Origin: Octopus sinensis
Taxonomy: Eukaryota
Assembly: GCF_006345805.1 (NCBI RefSeq)
Contig: NC_043016.1
Coordinates: forward strand, 16,492,001-16,556,000
Direction: 5' to 3'
DNA length: 64,000 bases
The notes beneath the pieces were generated by a model. The model searched no databases. It was not told the origin of the DNA and saw only the letters and a program-made list of their open reading frames with translations. This document shows, one piece after another, positions 10,641-24,744 of this stretch; position 1 is the stretch's first letter, and every line of letters begins with the position of its first letter. A program made the translations under genes and the position numbers.

Positions 10641-13600
10641 TGATGGGCATTTGGCCAAAGAGGTAAGTGTTTGTCTCTAATCCTTTCGCTCGAGTCCACT
10701 ACACACATTCTTTCACCATGGCCAGCAGTACGATGAAAACTGCCTTGCCTTCCCGGTTGAGGGTGGAGCAATTTCCACGATAGACTCGGCCGACAGGCGG
10801 ACTCGTCCCACACGTGACAGCAGCCGTTCGGCATGAGCCCACAGATCCGAAATGGTTGGACACTGCATGAGTGCGTGCAGAACGGTTTTGTCGCTCTGCC
10901 CGCATCTCGGGCAAGTCAATCTGGTGTGTCTCGAACCGTGCCTGTAGAACTTAACCCGAACAGGTAATGCTTCTCAATAGCACTGCCAGGCCAGGGATCT
11001 TTGGTGATTGTCCATAAGTCCCGACCCGAATGTTGTCCTGAATAGGCGGGTCGGGTGTTCCTCGTCGACGCCCAGATTCTACCCGAGAACGTCGTCGCAC
11101 CTCCCTTCCACTAATCCTCTATAGAATGCCTTTGTTGTAATGAAGTCGCACAAGTTTGGTCCCGGACGGCAGAGTTGCTTGAGAGCAACGCGACACTCGC
11201 GGTGCCATTCGCCAAGACTCGGTCTCTGTTTGATCCACGATTGTAGTTCGACCAAGGAGACGAGCTGTGGGAAAGCGCGTCGCACAAACGTCGACTACAC
11301 ATGTCGACCGTCGTCTATGAAGCGCCGGAGATGTCGCAGTCTCAGCGTATGTCTACGCATCATCAACCACGGCATGCTTAGCCCTCTTTTTAGCGGGTGT
11401 TGACAGCAAATGGATCGCCTAACCATCGGAATGCTTCCTTTCCACAGGAAGCGGAAGAGTATGCGTTCCAGTTTGGTGATGGTAAGGTTGGGACAAGGCA
11501 CGACGGTCAGACGATAATCGATGACGGATGCGATGTACGCGTTCACCACCTCCGCCCGACCTTTTAGGGATAGCTTCCACTCGGCCCATTGCTGATTGAG
11601 AGTGGCCACCCTAGTCGTTATTTCGCCCCAGTTCTTCTCCACTTGGAGGTCCGGACCGAACCAGACCCCGAGCAATTTAACCGGTCCGTCGGTCCAGCGT
11701 CCCACAATAGAGACGCCGTTGGACGCCATGGGCTTGCTTCTCCAGGTGCCGAGCCGCAAGTCCACTGACTTTTCCCGGTTAATTTTTGCTCCCGTTACTG
11801 CTTCGTATTCTTTTAGTGTCTCGCCGACCAGCTCGATGTGCTTGTGGTTCGACATTATGACGGTGACGTCGTCCGCGTATACAGACACGCTCCTCCCGCA
11901 TCCCAGCTCTCGTGGGATACCCCTCAGAGTCGCCGGTTTCCGCAGTAGTGGCTCCAGAGTCAATACATACAGAAGCCATGAGAGGGGGAAACCTTGACGA
12001 ACCGAACGCATGATGTTAAAAGGTCTGGATAGATGACAATTTACGCGAACTACTGAGCGGATGCCGCTGTATAAGGCAGCGATCCAACCGCGGAATATGG
12101 GGCCGAAACCAGCCGCTTTAAGGACAGCCGCCAAGTAGTGATGGTCTACCCTATCGAAAGCTTTTGATTGATCCAAATTGATCAGCCCTCCACCCATTCC
12201 AAGTTCGTTAACTACCCTGTCTATGATGTAGCGCAAAAGATGGAGGTTGTCATGGATACTCCTACTCGCCACGACGCACGTTTGCGCCTTGTCGACTAGT
12301 TTCTCGATGACAAGCGCCAACATCTCGGCTAACATCTTGGCCAAAATTTTCAAATCTGCGTTGAGCAGAGTGATGGGCCTGAAGGTATCTATGACGTCCC
12401 CTTGTTTAGATCTTTCTTTAGCAGTACCACTGCTCCTCGCTTTACAAAGGCGGGGATACTCCCGTTTTGCTGCTAGTTGCAGTAGACAGTTGCCAAGACG
12501 TCTCCACACAAGTCTGGCATATGAGAATAAAGTTCGTAGGGCAGACCATCCAAACCTGGTGACTTGTCTGTCGCGCAGCCTGCCATCGCATCCCGTATGT
12601 CCGCGGCTATCGTGGGTCTTTCACAACACTTCGCCCTTCTTGCTGAGAGTCGTAGCAGGCCATGCAGGTAGGCACTAAAGTCCACTCTGTGTTCAGACCC
12701 ACCAGTTGTCCCGAACAGTCGGGCAAAGTGTTGTTGAAAGACCTCACACATCCTTTCGGGCTCGAGTAATTCGCGCCCCTGTTCATCTGTAAGTGACCTA
12801 ATGGTGACTCTGTTGCCTCGTTGTGCCTCCGCCACTCGGGCCTCTCGGGCGGCTCCAACTTCTTCGTTCCTCAGAGCACGCATCCTAGCTCTGACAACGC
12901 ATCCTTCGTATTTGGCGTTGAAGTGTTGGTCGAGAGCCAACCTCGCTGCCAGTACGTTGGACGCGATGTCAATTTTAAGTGCTTCTTCTAAATTCTTAAC
13001 TAAGTCTCCCTCTATTCTATTTCGGTCTAATGCTAGGGCCTTACTGTACCTAACCGATTCTGCTTTAATTGCTTTCTTTAATACACACCACCATCTGTTG
13101 TTGATGACGGCACCCGTTGATGCTCTCTTGACTAATGTGCTAATCCGGTCCCGGTAAGCCTGGCGTGCCGTGAAAGACGCGTTCAGCTTCCAGTAACCGG
13201 GACCCTGCCTATGTGTCCTATCTAAGTCAAATGTAGTAGTCGCAAATTTGAGGTCTGTGTGGCTGACTATATGGAATTGTGGACAACCTACACTATCCTT
13301 ATCCACTGTCCTACAGAATACTCTATCTAAGTACGATCTGGATGACCCGATGCGGTTGCTCCATGTCCACATTGGCAGATTCGGGTGGTCCAGTCGGTAC
13401 CTGTCAGACAGTTGGAAACGTCTGAGCAGGTCTTTGAGGCATTTTCATACCCTCCTATTATTATCTCTGCCCACGTAGGCTAGATGCGTGTCCAGGGTGG
13501 CGTTCCAATCCCCCACTAAAAGTAAAGGTCGAGACGTACCCAGGAAAACCTCTAGACGTCGAAAGAAATCTGGCCGGCCTGTTAAGGACGGTGCATAACC

Positions 13601-13900
13601 TGTTATCAGTCGAAAAGCACAATCATTGCTGCCATCGACATCCAAGACGACCAGCCTACCCTCTGGGTCTAGGAAAATTGCTCTTACTTTGAGGTCCAGA
13701 CTCTTCCGAAGAAGCACCGCGGTGCCACCTCCGCCCATTATCGGCAGACACGGAGAAAAATAAATGTCGAAATGTCCGCCGAACATGTGCTGGAGTGCTC
13801 GCGGGCTGTGGAGTCTGGTCTCGCTGATGGCTATGATATGCAGATTTTGTGACTTGAAGTCGTTTAAGAGGTAGCCTTGTTTCTAAGGCGATCCTAAGCC
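10641..13900 (-). mobile_element. Tx1/L1-clade LINE ORF2 (APE endonuclease, RT, CCHC), decayed and 3'-truncated
   Basis: Motifs AISETRL, VGDWNATLD, SYLDRVF, GPGYWKLN, KSPGLDGLPYELY, FRPITLLNAD, SVYADD and TCPRCGQSDKTVLHALMQC, with frameshifts and stops. Confidence 0.92.
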
Positions 13901-13973
13901 ATGTTCACTTATACTGCTTATTTTGAGCATGTTGCTATCGAAAGTTGTGTTTTACATACGAAAGGAAGACGAA

Positions 13974-13992
13974 AGAGAAAGAGAGAGAGAGA

Positions 13993-14036
<44 letters not shown>

Positions 14037-14072
14037 GAGGGAGAGGGAGGGCGAGAGAGAGAGAGAGAGAGA
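13974..14072. repeat. (GA)n microsatellite
   Basis: Directly visible. Confidence 0.95.
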
Positions 14073-14867
14073 GTCACTTAATGTCCGAAAGTTCTTTGTT
14101 CTTCAACTCACAATCTTCCCCAGAAGGTTTTGTATAGTTTTTAACACAGGTATTTTTGAAATCTCCCAACTGCATCAGGGTAGAGAGATTTCAGGGTGCT
14201 GTGTGTGTTCTGTGTTTTGTGTATGATTTTAATGTGTTGTGCGTGGGTGATTCTTTGTTTCGGTATCATTTTCGGTTGTGTTGGTGCTTGACCTAATGAA
14301 TTCCATTAGGTCGGGGTTGTTGATGTCAACATTGTTGCGGGGTTTGGTGTTGGTCTGTTTGTGTTGATGCTTTTGTTTTCTGCAGGTGTTTTGGTTTCCG
14401 AAATGGTAAACCTCCCTGCTTTGTTTGTCTCCTTCTCTATTCTTTTGTCCCCTCTTTTTCTCCCCCCCCCCCCCACTGTGGCCCCTTACCAATCCTCCGA
14501 CATGTCGTCTTCATCTGACGACATATCGGAGGAGGAATCAGAAGGTGGGATGGGGGAATGTATTGGGGGTCTATTTCTAAGTGTGTTGACTGTTATTGGT
14601 GTTGGTGCTGGTTGGTGACAGTTTGGGTGTCGTGTATGGGGCTTTGGGTTTTCTCTTCCTCCTTTGAAGTTGTTATTGTTGTTGTTGTTGGTGGTGGTGG
14701 TGGTGGGGTGGTGGTGGTGATGGTGTTGTTTCTGTTCTTGGTGGCGCTGGTGGTGGTGGTGTTTGGTTGGGGCTGACTTGTTGGTTGCTGATGTTCCTTC
14801 ATTTGTTTATATAATTGTTTAATTAGTTGTGCATATGGCGGTGTGGGTAGCAGTGCTGGTTTTTTAT

Positions 14868-14911
14868 AGATAGAGAGATAGATCGACAGACAGACAGACA
14901 GACAGACAGAC

Positions 14912-14995
<84 letters not shown>
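14868..14995. repeat. (GACA)n(GATA)n microsatellite; a similar array resumes at 15873-15940
   Basis: Directly visible. Confidence 0.95.
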
Positions 14996-15000
14996 CATCA

Positions 15001-15872
15001 ACTACGGCATGTCCAGCCCTCCTTTCAGCGGGTGTTGACAGCAAACGGATCGCCTGACAATCGAAACGTTTCCTTCCCACAAGAAGCGGAAGAGAATGCG
15101 CTCCAGTTTGGTGACGGTGGGGTCGGGACAAGGCACGACCGTCAGGCGGTAATTGATGACGGACCCGATGTACGCGTTCGCCACCTCCGCCCGACCTTTT
15201 AGGGACAGCTTCCTCTCGGCTCATAGCCTGCAGAGAGTGTCCACCCTACGCGTTATCTCGTCCAAGTTCTTCTCCGTTTGCAGGTCTGGACCGAACCAGA
15301 CTCCGAGCAAATTGACCGGCCCGTCCGTCCAGCGTCCCACTACTGAGTCGCTGGTGGACGGCATGGGCTTGCTTCTCCAGGTGCCCAGCCGCAAGCCCAC
15401 CGACTTTTCTCGGTTGATTTTCGCTCCTGTCACCGCTTCGTAGTTTTTCAGTGTCTCGCCGACCTGCTCGATGTGCTCGTGGCTAGACACTATGACGGTG
15501 ACGTCGTCCGCGTATGCGGACACGCTCGTCCCGCACCCCAGTTCTCGCGGGATGCCCCTCAGCGTCGCCAGCTTCCGCAGTAGTGGCTCGAGAGTCAACA
15601 TGTACAGAAGCTACGAGAGGGGGCATCCCTGACGGACCGAACGTGCAATGTCGAAAGGTCTCGATAGATGTCCATTCATGCGAATTACCGAACGGATGCC
15701 TCTGTACAAAGCAGCCATCCAGTCGCGGAAAACGGTACCGAAGCCGGCCGCTGTGAGGACAGCTTCCATGTATCGATGGTCTACTCTATCGAAAGCTTTC
15801 GATTGATCCAAATTGATCAGGGCCCCACCCATGCCAGGTTCCTTGACTACCCTGTCTATGATGTAGCGCCTC
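15001..15872 (-). mobile_element. Internal RT fragment of a related Tx1-like family
   Basis: Collinear with about 11390-12240: LINLDQSKAFDRVDH, SVRQGCPLS, SAYADD. Confidence 0.88.
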
Positions 15873-15946
15873 ATAGATAGACAGACAGACAGACAGACAG
15901 GCAGGCAGGCAGGTAGGCAGGCAGACAGAAAGATAGATAGACCTAC

Positions 15947-15970
15947 GTCGCTTGAAGCTCTTCTTGGCAT
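15947..15970 (-). CDS. Candidate first exon of a divergent gene (MPRRASSD, or 5' UTR)
   Basis: ATG CCA AGA AGA GCT TCA AGC GAC followed by the donor-like GTAGGT, in unique CpG-containing sequence head-to-head with ABCB8. Confidence 0.3.
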
Positions 15971-16145
15971 CAATTGGTTAAGAGTTATCTCCCCTTCATT
16001 GAAACTGATTTCTTCATTGAAAACGAAAGCGGGACGTCCCGCGGTCAATCGGCGTCGATCATTCAAATATATTTAAAGATATTTAAATATATTTAAATAT
16101 ATGTAAACCTCAAAACGGCCCAGAGCGACATTTTGTTAATTAATC
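15971..16145. promoter_or_regulatory. Putative ABCB8 promoter/5' UTR, possibly bidirectional
   Basis: Short CpG-rich unique stretch (GCGGGACGTCCCGC palindrome) immediately upstream of the ABCB8 start codon. Confidence 0.5.
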
Positions 16146-16252
16146 ATGCTCTTAATTAACTTATTAAGTAAAATACCTCGACATTTCGCTTTCGATCGAT
16201 CTTTTATCAGGCAGAATGTCACCTTAGGTTTAACAAGGAAAGCTTCTCTGAG
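16146..16252 (+). CDS. ABCB8: ABCB8 coding exon 1 (mitochondrial presequence-like)
   Basis: MLLINLLSKIPRHFAFDRSFIRQNVTLGLTRKASL-AG|GTAGGT. Phase 2 matches the next exon (AG+G gives Arg). Rich in R/S/L with one acidic residue. Confidence 0.72.
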
Positions 16253-16429
16253 GTAGGTTTATTTCCCATTTTGTCCCCGAAGCGGACCCTTTCGATGTGT
16301 ATTTAACTTGTTTTGTTTTTTTTAATATAGACATTTAGGGACCAGTAGTCCCTAAATGTGTTCATATTTCGCTGATATCCTTTCAAAACTTCCGTTTGTG
16401 TTGTATCAACAGCAACGGTAGGCGAATGC

Positions 16430-17280
16430 GTGTGACCCCTTCGTCTTCGTTCCCTCGTAATTTCCAGAAAAATGGATATTTTTTAATGAAATCGTGTAAA
16501 AATGTGCTACAGATTGTGTAGATTCTGCTTATATTGAAGTATATGGGGAAATGGATTTTTCGAGGGTGATTTAAGGATGAAGTCAGCAGGGTACACAATC
16601 GTAGAAATGCCCATGACTTTTCTATAGATATGTGACCTCTTCATCTTCGTTTCCTCATTGCTTCCAGAAAAATGGATATTTTAAAATGAAACCCTCTCAA
16701 AATGTGCTTCAGATTGTGTAGATTCTGATTATATCAGGGTATGTGGTAAAAAGGATTTTTCGAGGGTTGTTTAAGGATGAAGTCGGCGGGGTATACAATC
16801 GCCGAAGTGCCAATTTCTTTTCTATAAATGTATGACCTCTGCGAATTTGTTTCCTCATAGCTTCCAGATTTTTAAATGAAATCGTGTAAAAATCTCCTTC
16901 AGATTGTGTAGATTCTGATTATATCAGGGTATATGGTGATAAGGATTTTTCGAGGGCGGTTTAAGGATGAAGTCCGCCTTATATACAATCGTCGAAATGA
17001 TAAATGTATGACCCCGGCGAATTTGTTTCCTCATAACTTGCAGAAAAATGGATCTTTTTAAATGAAGTTTTCTACAAATATGCCTGAGATGATGTAGATT
17101 TTGGCTATATCGATATATATATCGAAAAGATTTTTTTTCTTCCGAAGGTGAGATAAATTTCGTAATATTCACACGAGGCGGTTGTCTTTCCTCGTAACTA
17201 TATGAAAAATTGGTGATTTTTAAATGAAACCTTTCGAAATAACTTTCACATTGTGAAGATTACAGTTATATCGGAATTTA
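16430..17280 (+). repeat. About 200-bp tandem repeat, about 4 diverged units, with an inverted related copy at about 17395-17525
   Basis: Units start at about 16431, 16631, 16831 and 17007. Confidence 0.75.
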
Positions 17281-17547
17281 ACACAACAAACAAACATCCG
17301 TGGATTCATATACAAAAACTAACACACGTCACAAAATGAAATTCCGAAATAAAATTGTGATACGTCTCTGTTTGTATGTCTAACCCCTGTTCTACTTTCC
17401 CCATCAAATCCCGATATAATCGTAATTTATACACCCTCAAAAATATCTGTAGAAAATTTCATTCAAAAATACCCCTTTTTCTGGAAGTTATGAGGTAAGA
17501 AAATTTAAATTTTACAAACAAATTTTTTCTCAGAATCGCCATTTTCG

Positions 17548-17638
<91 letters not shown>

Positions 17639-18479
17639 ACAGGCTTCGTTCAGTTTCCATCTACCAAATCCACTCACAAGCTTTGGTCGGCCCGAGGCTA
17701 TAGTAGAAGACACCTGGCCAAGCTACCACGCAGTGGGACTGAACCCAGAACCATGTGGTTGTTAAGCAAGCTACTTACTGCGCAGCTACTCCTGAAATCG
17801 AATTCGATCAAAAACCAATGGAAATTGTAGTTGTGATACCAGTGCTGGTGGCACGTAAAAGAACCATCAGAAGATGGCCATTACTTACCACACACCCACT
17901 CCTACGCCTTACATTATATTATCAGTTTTGTGAGATTTGGCTGTTATTTCTAGCATCTGTATAGCCTGCTTGAAGGCCTGAGGTTATAAATAGTTAATTG
18001 GCCCTTTTCGTCTATGTAGACAGTCAATTTTGCTTAGAGGTCGCTTAATTAAAAAACAGGGGATCCCTTTCCTGCAGCTTCTTTCATGGAAGATGTGTAG
18101 CGTGACGCAAGAAGGACAGCACCGTTTTGTACGAGATATCACTGGCGGCCATTGCCAGGTCTGAGACAAGAGCGATGTCTTGCCTACAACCATGTTTGCC
18201 ATGCACGAAACCACAGCGAGACTCTTGTGGACAACATTCATTTAAGGAGGTGTATTAAGCAACCCACTCTTTTCTCTCGTGTTGGCACGGTGAACAACAC
18301 CACAACCCAGCAGCTCACAGTGGTTTCTTAACCCGCTCTAACTTTGCCCCTTATCTCCAGATTTAATGTACCTCTCGCGAACGGAGCTAGTGAACTACGC
18401 ATTGACATACAGACGGTTGCTGAGAGCAAACTTCCATGAAATGAGAACCAAATAAGCAACTATTGAATCGAAATCAAAT

Positions 18480-21400
18480 CAAATCAAATTTTCAAATTCG
18501 ATTACTGGCATCCGTGCCAGTGGAGCACTAAAGGCACCATCTGAGCATCTTCGCTGCCAGAGCAGCTGTGACTGGCTTATGTGCCTGTGGCACATAAAAA
18601 TCACCATTTGAGCTTGGTCGTTACCAGCGTTGCCTTACTGTCACTTGTGCTGGTGGCACGTGACAAAACATTCGAGCAAGGTAGTTGCCAGTACCGCCGG
18701 ACTGGCCCTCATGCCAGTGGCACATAAAACAACCCACTACACTCTCGGAGTGGTTGGGCTAGGAAGGGCATCCAGCTGTAGAAACTCTGCCAGATCAAGA
18801 TTGGAGCCTGGTGCAGCCATCTGGATCACCAGTCCTAAATCATATCGTCCAACCCATGCCAGCATGGAAAGGGAACGTTAAGATAATAATGATAATATAA
18901 TATCATCATCATCATCATCATCGTTTAACGTCCGTTCTCCATGCTAGCATGAAATAGAAAAAAAAATCTATCTTTATTCTTCTTTTGCTGGTGTCTCAAA
19001 TTTAGGTTAAATTAGTGTTTCTCAAAGGGGAGGCCTATGGGATGGGGGCGGACAAGTTGTTTTGAGAAAATTTAGTTTAAATGTTCAACAACTCAGTACC
19101 GTCCATTGGACGGGGGTGCGTTTTGCTCATATATATATATAAGTGTATATTTATATATATGTATGTATAATATAATCAACATCATCGTCGTTTAATGTCT
19201 GTTTTCCATGCTAGCATGGGTTGGACGATTTGACTGAGGACTTGCGAACCAGATGGCTGCACCAGGCTCCAGTCTGATCTGGCAGAGTTTCTACAGCTGG
19301 ATGCCCTTCCTAACGCCAACCACTCTGAGAGTGTAGTGGCTGCTTTTATGTGCCACCGACACGAGGTCCAGTCAGGCTGTACTGGCAATGGCCACACTCA
19401 AATGGTGTTTTTATGTGCCACCTGCACAGGAGCCAGTCCAGCAGCACTGGCAGTGACCTCGCTTGACTGGTAATGACCATGCTCAGATGGTGCTCATAGC
19501 ACTCCACCAACACGGATGCCAGTCATCAATTTTGATTTCACTTGCCTCAACAGGTCTTCGCAAGCAGAGTTTAGTGTCCAATGAAGGAAAGGTTGCCAGG
19601 TTTTCTCAGTCACAGCATATTTCCAAAGGTCTCATTAACTGGTCATTGCCTCGGTGAGGCTTAATGTTCGATGGTCATGCTTCACCACCTCATCCCAGAT
19701 TTTCCGGGGTCTACCTATTCCACAGGTTCCCTCAACCGCTAGGGTGTGACACTTTTTCACGCAGCTATCCTCATCCATTCTCACCATATGACCATACCAG
19801 CACAGTCATATCTCTTGCACACCACATATGATGCTTCTTAGGTCCAACTTTTCTCTCAGGGCACATACACTATGTCATAGGCCATGTGTTATGGTCTTAC
19901 TTGGCTTGCCGGGTTTTTTCAAGCACAGCATACTTCCAAAGGTCTTGCTCACTAGTCATTGCCTCGGTGAGGCCTAATGTTTGAAGGTCGTGCTTCACCA
20001 CCTCATCCCAGATCTTCCTGGGTCTACCTCTTCCACAGGTTCCCTCAACCACTAGGGTGTGACACTTTTTCACACAGTTATCCTCATCCATTCTCACCAC
20101 ATGACCATACCAGCACGGTCATATCTCTTGCACACCACATCTGATGCTTCTTCGGTCCAACTTTTCTCTCAGGGTACTTACACTCTGTCGTGTATGCACA
20201 CTGACATTACACATCCATCGGAGCATAATGGCTTCATTCCTTGCGAGCTTATGCATGTCCTCAACAAGAGTTAAGGAATGGAGTCAATGAGATCCGTCTA
20301 AATATGTTTCATAGCAACAAGCAATAAAAAACATTACCTTTTTCCCTTCATCAGTGTCAGTATACCCAGACATAAATATAGATTGGAATACGGTTTCTAT
20401 TTTCTTCCTATCCCCCATAGATACCGAGAAAATCGATTAAAACATTTTGTAATGGAATTCCCCTGTTTGATCCACCATTAAAACAACCAGTTGCTCACAC
20501 AGCCAGCATATACCATTTCGCTAGCAACAAGGGGAGTACAGGATGACAGTCAGCCAAAACTTTCACTATGCTGTCTCTCTTCTTTCACCTCTGTGGGGTT
20601 AATAATCTTAATCTTTAGTTACAGTTTCTCATTCAAACTACATAATAGGTAGAGTTGTCGGAGTAAGACAGTAGGGTGTTTTGAGGGAGATTTGCCTGCT
20701 ACTTTTGCCAGGTCTAGCTACCTTGTAGAGGTCTGAACTTAAGTTTCATTCACATATTTGCATTTCAAAAATTTCACATAATCTTTTCCATAAATCAACT
20801 ATAGTAAAAATACGCATACACATCCATATCTTTCAATTACTGCTCTCGGCAAATAAAATTTTTACGGATACAACTGCTTACAAAAATAGGGATTAATGTA
20901 TAATTTCTTTCTATGTTCATAATTAAATCAATGTAGGTAGTGAAACATGGGCCGTGACTGCAGAGGACATGTGTCAGCTCAAAATAAATGAAGCTAGCAT
21001 GATCCACTGGATGTGTAATGTCAGTGTGCACGCACAATAGAGTGTAAGCATCCTGAGAGAAATGCTGGACATAAGAAGCATTGGATGTGGCATGCAAGAG
21101 AGACGTCTGTGCTGGTATGGTCATGTACTACGGATGGATGAGGAGAGATGTGTGAAGAAGTGCCACTCCCAAACAGTTGGAAGTATCAGGTGGAGAGGTA
21201 GACCCAAGAAGACATGGGATGAGGTAGTCAAGCATGACCTTCGAACGCTGGACCTCACAGAGGCAATGACAAAAAACCGAGATTTCTGGAGATACGCTGT
21301 GACTGCGAAGACCCAACAAATAACATGAGTTCATGGCTGTTTCCTGCACAAGCTTCACATAGAAGCCCCAGCCCATCCAAAGTACCTTGGATTGCAGAAC

Positions 21401-21700
21401 GGCCTGCTGTGCTTACCTTGAATTGTAGGGCGACCTGCTGTGCTTGAGGAGCCCTATTGAGTCGAGTACATCAACATCAAAAAATCAAATGGAAATTGTA
21501 GTTGGATACCTGTGCCAGTGGCACGTAAAAAGCACCCACTACACTCATGGAGTGGTTGGCGTTATGAAGAGCATCCAGCTGTAGAAACACTGCTAGATCA
21601 GACTGGGCCTGATGCAGCCTCCTGGCTTCCCAGACCCCAGTCGAACCATCCAACCCATGCTAGCATGGAAAACGGACGTTAAACGATGTTGATGATGATG
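18480..21700. mobile_element. Cluster of RTE-clade LINE 3' fragments and 3' UTR/tails in both orientations
   Basis: Repeated CVKKCHTL..GRGRPRKTWDEVVKHDL coding ends (19897-20100 minus, 21062-21328 plus) and the tail GGTTGGCGTTAGGAAGGGCATCCAGCTGTAGAAA...(GAT)n. Confidence 0.8.
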
Positions 21701-24393
21701 TTTTAATGATTAGGCAGAGGTCCAATTGAATAGCTCTCAGAAACAGACTATGTACAAATTCGTTCTTCACAACTCCTGAAGCTGTTTTCTGACAGAGTGG
21801 GAGAGTCAGGAAATTTTCATACAGCTGGAGGTTACAGTCGAAGCAGGGGACCCGAAATGATAAGATTCAGAAATGCTGTTATAGATATTCTTTTCAATTA
21901 ATCATGCATTATCTCATATCTTTGAATTTTGATGACGTGATTGTATCTGGATGTTTTGCGTTCTTGTCCCATTTGTATTTTATATATATATATCTGTATA
22001 TATATATAAAAGGCATGATGTGTATGTGAATGTAAATATGCACGTCCACAAATTAGCACGCATGTCGCTCAAATTTTAGGAGGACATTCGTCACGACCCT
22101 AGCTGTATTTTCGTCAAATTATTTTCCCCCGAGGCAGCAGCAAATAACGGTAAAAATAATTTTGAGCCATAACTTTTAAACATTTTTCAAGTCAAAGAAA
22201 TACGCCATTTGCAAATATGAGTTAAGTCCCCTTCCAGCGACGGTGTAAAGAGAGGGAGAACAGATTTTTTAAATTTCGTAGGGGTTGTTATGTATGTATG
22301 TATGTGTGTGTGTGTGTTGCCTGAGACACGCTCCTTCGCAAACGATCAACTATTATTTTGTAAACAATGTTTCAAAAATAGGTGTATGTACGTATCTGTT
22401 TGTGTGTGTGTCTTGCCCATATATTACATACTTAGTTGTGATCTGAACATAACCGCTGCTCACACAGAGGATCGGGGGCCCTTTTGGGCATTCTATTTTC
22501 CTTGCTGGAAGGGTTTCCAACCCATGGCCAAAGGTGGGTTAGATGATGGGTGTGGTGTATTGAAAGGGCTGGTATATGCAACCTGATCACCTCTGCTGAT
22601 CAAACTCCCAACCCATATGCTCCCGTCACAACACTGATTTTGCAGAACTGGGTTGGGTGTGAAAACCAACTTTAAAGTATAAATTTAGATGGTTTTGAAT
22701 CAGCAATATTGTATTCGGTTAAGTCCTATTTGAGGTGAAAAATCAATAAACTGATTCCTTATGGGGTTTTCTATTTAATCAGGATTTTTAAAAAATCAAC
22801 AAACCAATTCCTTATCGGACTTTCCACTAAAATTGGTTACACCCCACTCTCAGCCATAACTTTTACCAATATTTCGTTCAAACTTGATGCCAGCATTACT
22901 GAGGACTCGTGAGATCTTTGAATGCTTTAATTTCTCCAAAAATGGAAAAAAAAAATCAATGAGTGGAAAAAATCGATAAACCGATTCCTTATGGAATCTC
23001 CCAATCAAATTGGGACTTAAGGAAAGGGGTCAATAGGATCCATCTAAATGTTTCATAGCAACAAGTGATAAAAACATTACTTTTTTGCCTTCATCAGCAT
23101 CGGTATACCCAGGCATAAATATACGAGCGGCCACAGAGTTGCGTCTTCGCTTAGCTTATACCCTTCAAAACTTACAGATATTTGCTGCGAAGTAGAATTC
23201 ATATCCTCTTATAGCTATGTGCAGTGTGTTACAGATCTAGTCCGCAGTTAATACAGTTTTGATCAAGGGGTTTTCTTTTATTCTTTTACTTGTTTCAGTC
23301 ATCTGACTGCGACCATGCTGGAACACCACCTTTAGTCGAACAAATCAATCCCAGGACTTACTCTTTGTAAGCCTGGTACTTATTCTATCGGTCTCCTTTC
23401 ACCGAACCGCTAAGTTACGGGGATGTCAACACACCAACATCGGTTGTCAAGCGATGGTGGGAGAACAAACACACATACACATATATATACAATGGGCTTC
23501 TTTCAGTTTCCGTCTACCAAATCCACTCACAAGGCTTTGGTTGGCCCAAGGCTATAGTAGAAGACACTTGCCCAAGGTGCCACGCAGTGGGACTGAACCC
23601 GGAGCTATGTGGTTGGTAAGTAAGTTACTTTAATTATTATACCAATATCTATAAAGCTGAAATGCGAAAAAGTTGTTTGAATTCTTGGTTATTTGTCTCA
23701 TTTTGGGATGGGAACAGTTTAAGGGGCGGTTGATGGGGTCAGATTGGCACCAAAATTTACACTGGTGGGGTGGTAAAATAGGATGGGCAATGGTGTGAGG
23801 AGGGTTGCAAGTCACTTGGGGCTACCGTTTGGTTGTCATGTTGAGAAATATAGGAAAAATTGAGTTTTATGGGATAGACAGGTTGCGCTGTTTGAATAAT
23901 GGTGGCTTTTTGTGTTGCTGCAGGGGCTAGAGGCTGTTATCTTTAATTGTGGGTGTAAAAATTTGGAGGATTTTGGAAAGGAGGGGTAAAATTTTTCAAC
24001 TTTTAAAAAGAGTACATTTTTGCCCTATTTTTAGATTTTACTTTTTTCTGTTTGCATTATTTGGTTGACATGGGTAAAAATGGCATTGTGTTAAAGACCA
24101 AAATTTTAGCTTTCATTTGCATCACAAACCATCAAAATATACCTGTAAAAAGTATCAAATTTCACAATATTCTAAGTAATTTTGAATTATTTTTGTGATT
24201 TTACGTGCACGCGTAAGAGAAAGCGAGGGAGAGTCTGAGAGAAAGGAAGAGTAAGAGAGAAACAAAGAGGGAGAATGTGGAGATAAAAAACAGAAAGGAA
24301 GCAAAAGAAAGTAACAACCTCAACCTCACCCGTGCGTAGAGCGGGTCACCTTAGGCTAGTATATATATTTAAAACCTTATGTTTTATTTTCAG

Positions 24394-24730
24394 GTTTGTT
24401 TCTGGAAAAACAGTTAAAAAAATAACCAACCATAAGGAATTAGTTTGGCATTTCAGCAAAGCAATTCGAAAGCCACGAATATTCACATTTACAAATAAAC
24501 CCAGCACTTTGTCTAGACCTTTATTCAATTTTCAAACCCTTCAGCTCTCAGCAGTCGGACTAAGCTCTTTGTACATGTGTAAAAACCTCGTCCTAGATGC
24601 GAATTGCGATCCTTGCAGAGTTGTCGAGCAGGCTGTTGAAGAGTATGAAACTGGAAGATTCTGTTTTGACTGGGAGGGCTTCGTTGCTTTGATTTTGCCG
24701 GACGGTCTGACCATTCTTGGAGCCATAGCA
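24394..24730 (+). CDS. ABCB8: ABCB8 coding exon 2
   Basis: TTTTCAG acceptor; reads FVSGK...FDWEGFVALILPDGLTILGAIA; GTGAGT donor, phase 2 to 0. The end resembles the ABCB8 segment before TM1. Confidence 0.82.
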
Positions 24731-24744
24731 GTGAGTATATTTCT

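Noticed and set aside
14075-14810. T/P/N-rich minus-strand ORFs as a host gene or as ORF1 of the adjacent LINE
   Set aside because: Low complexity, interrupted by stops, and separated from ORF2 by (GA)n; it may be a LINE ORF1 tail but I cannot support that.
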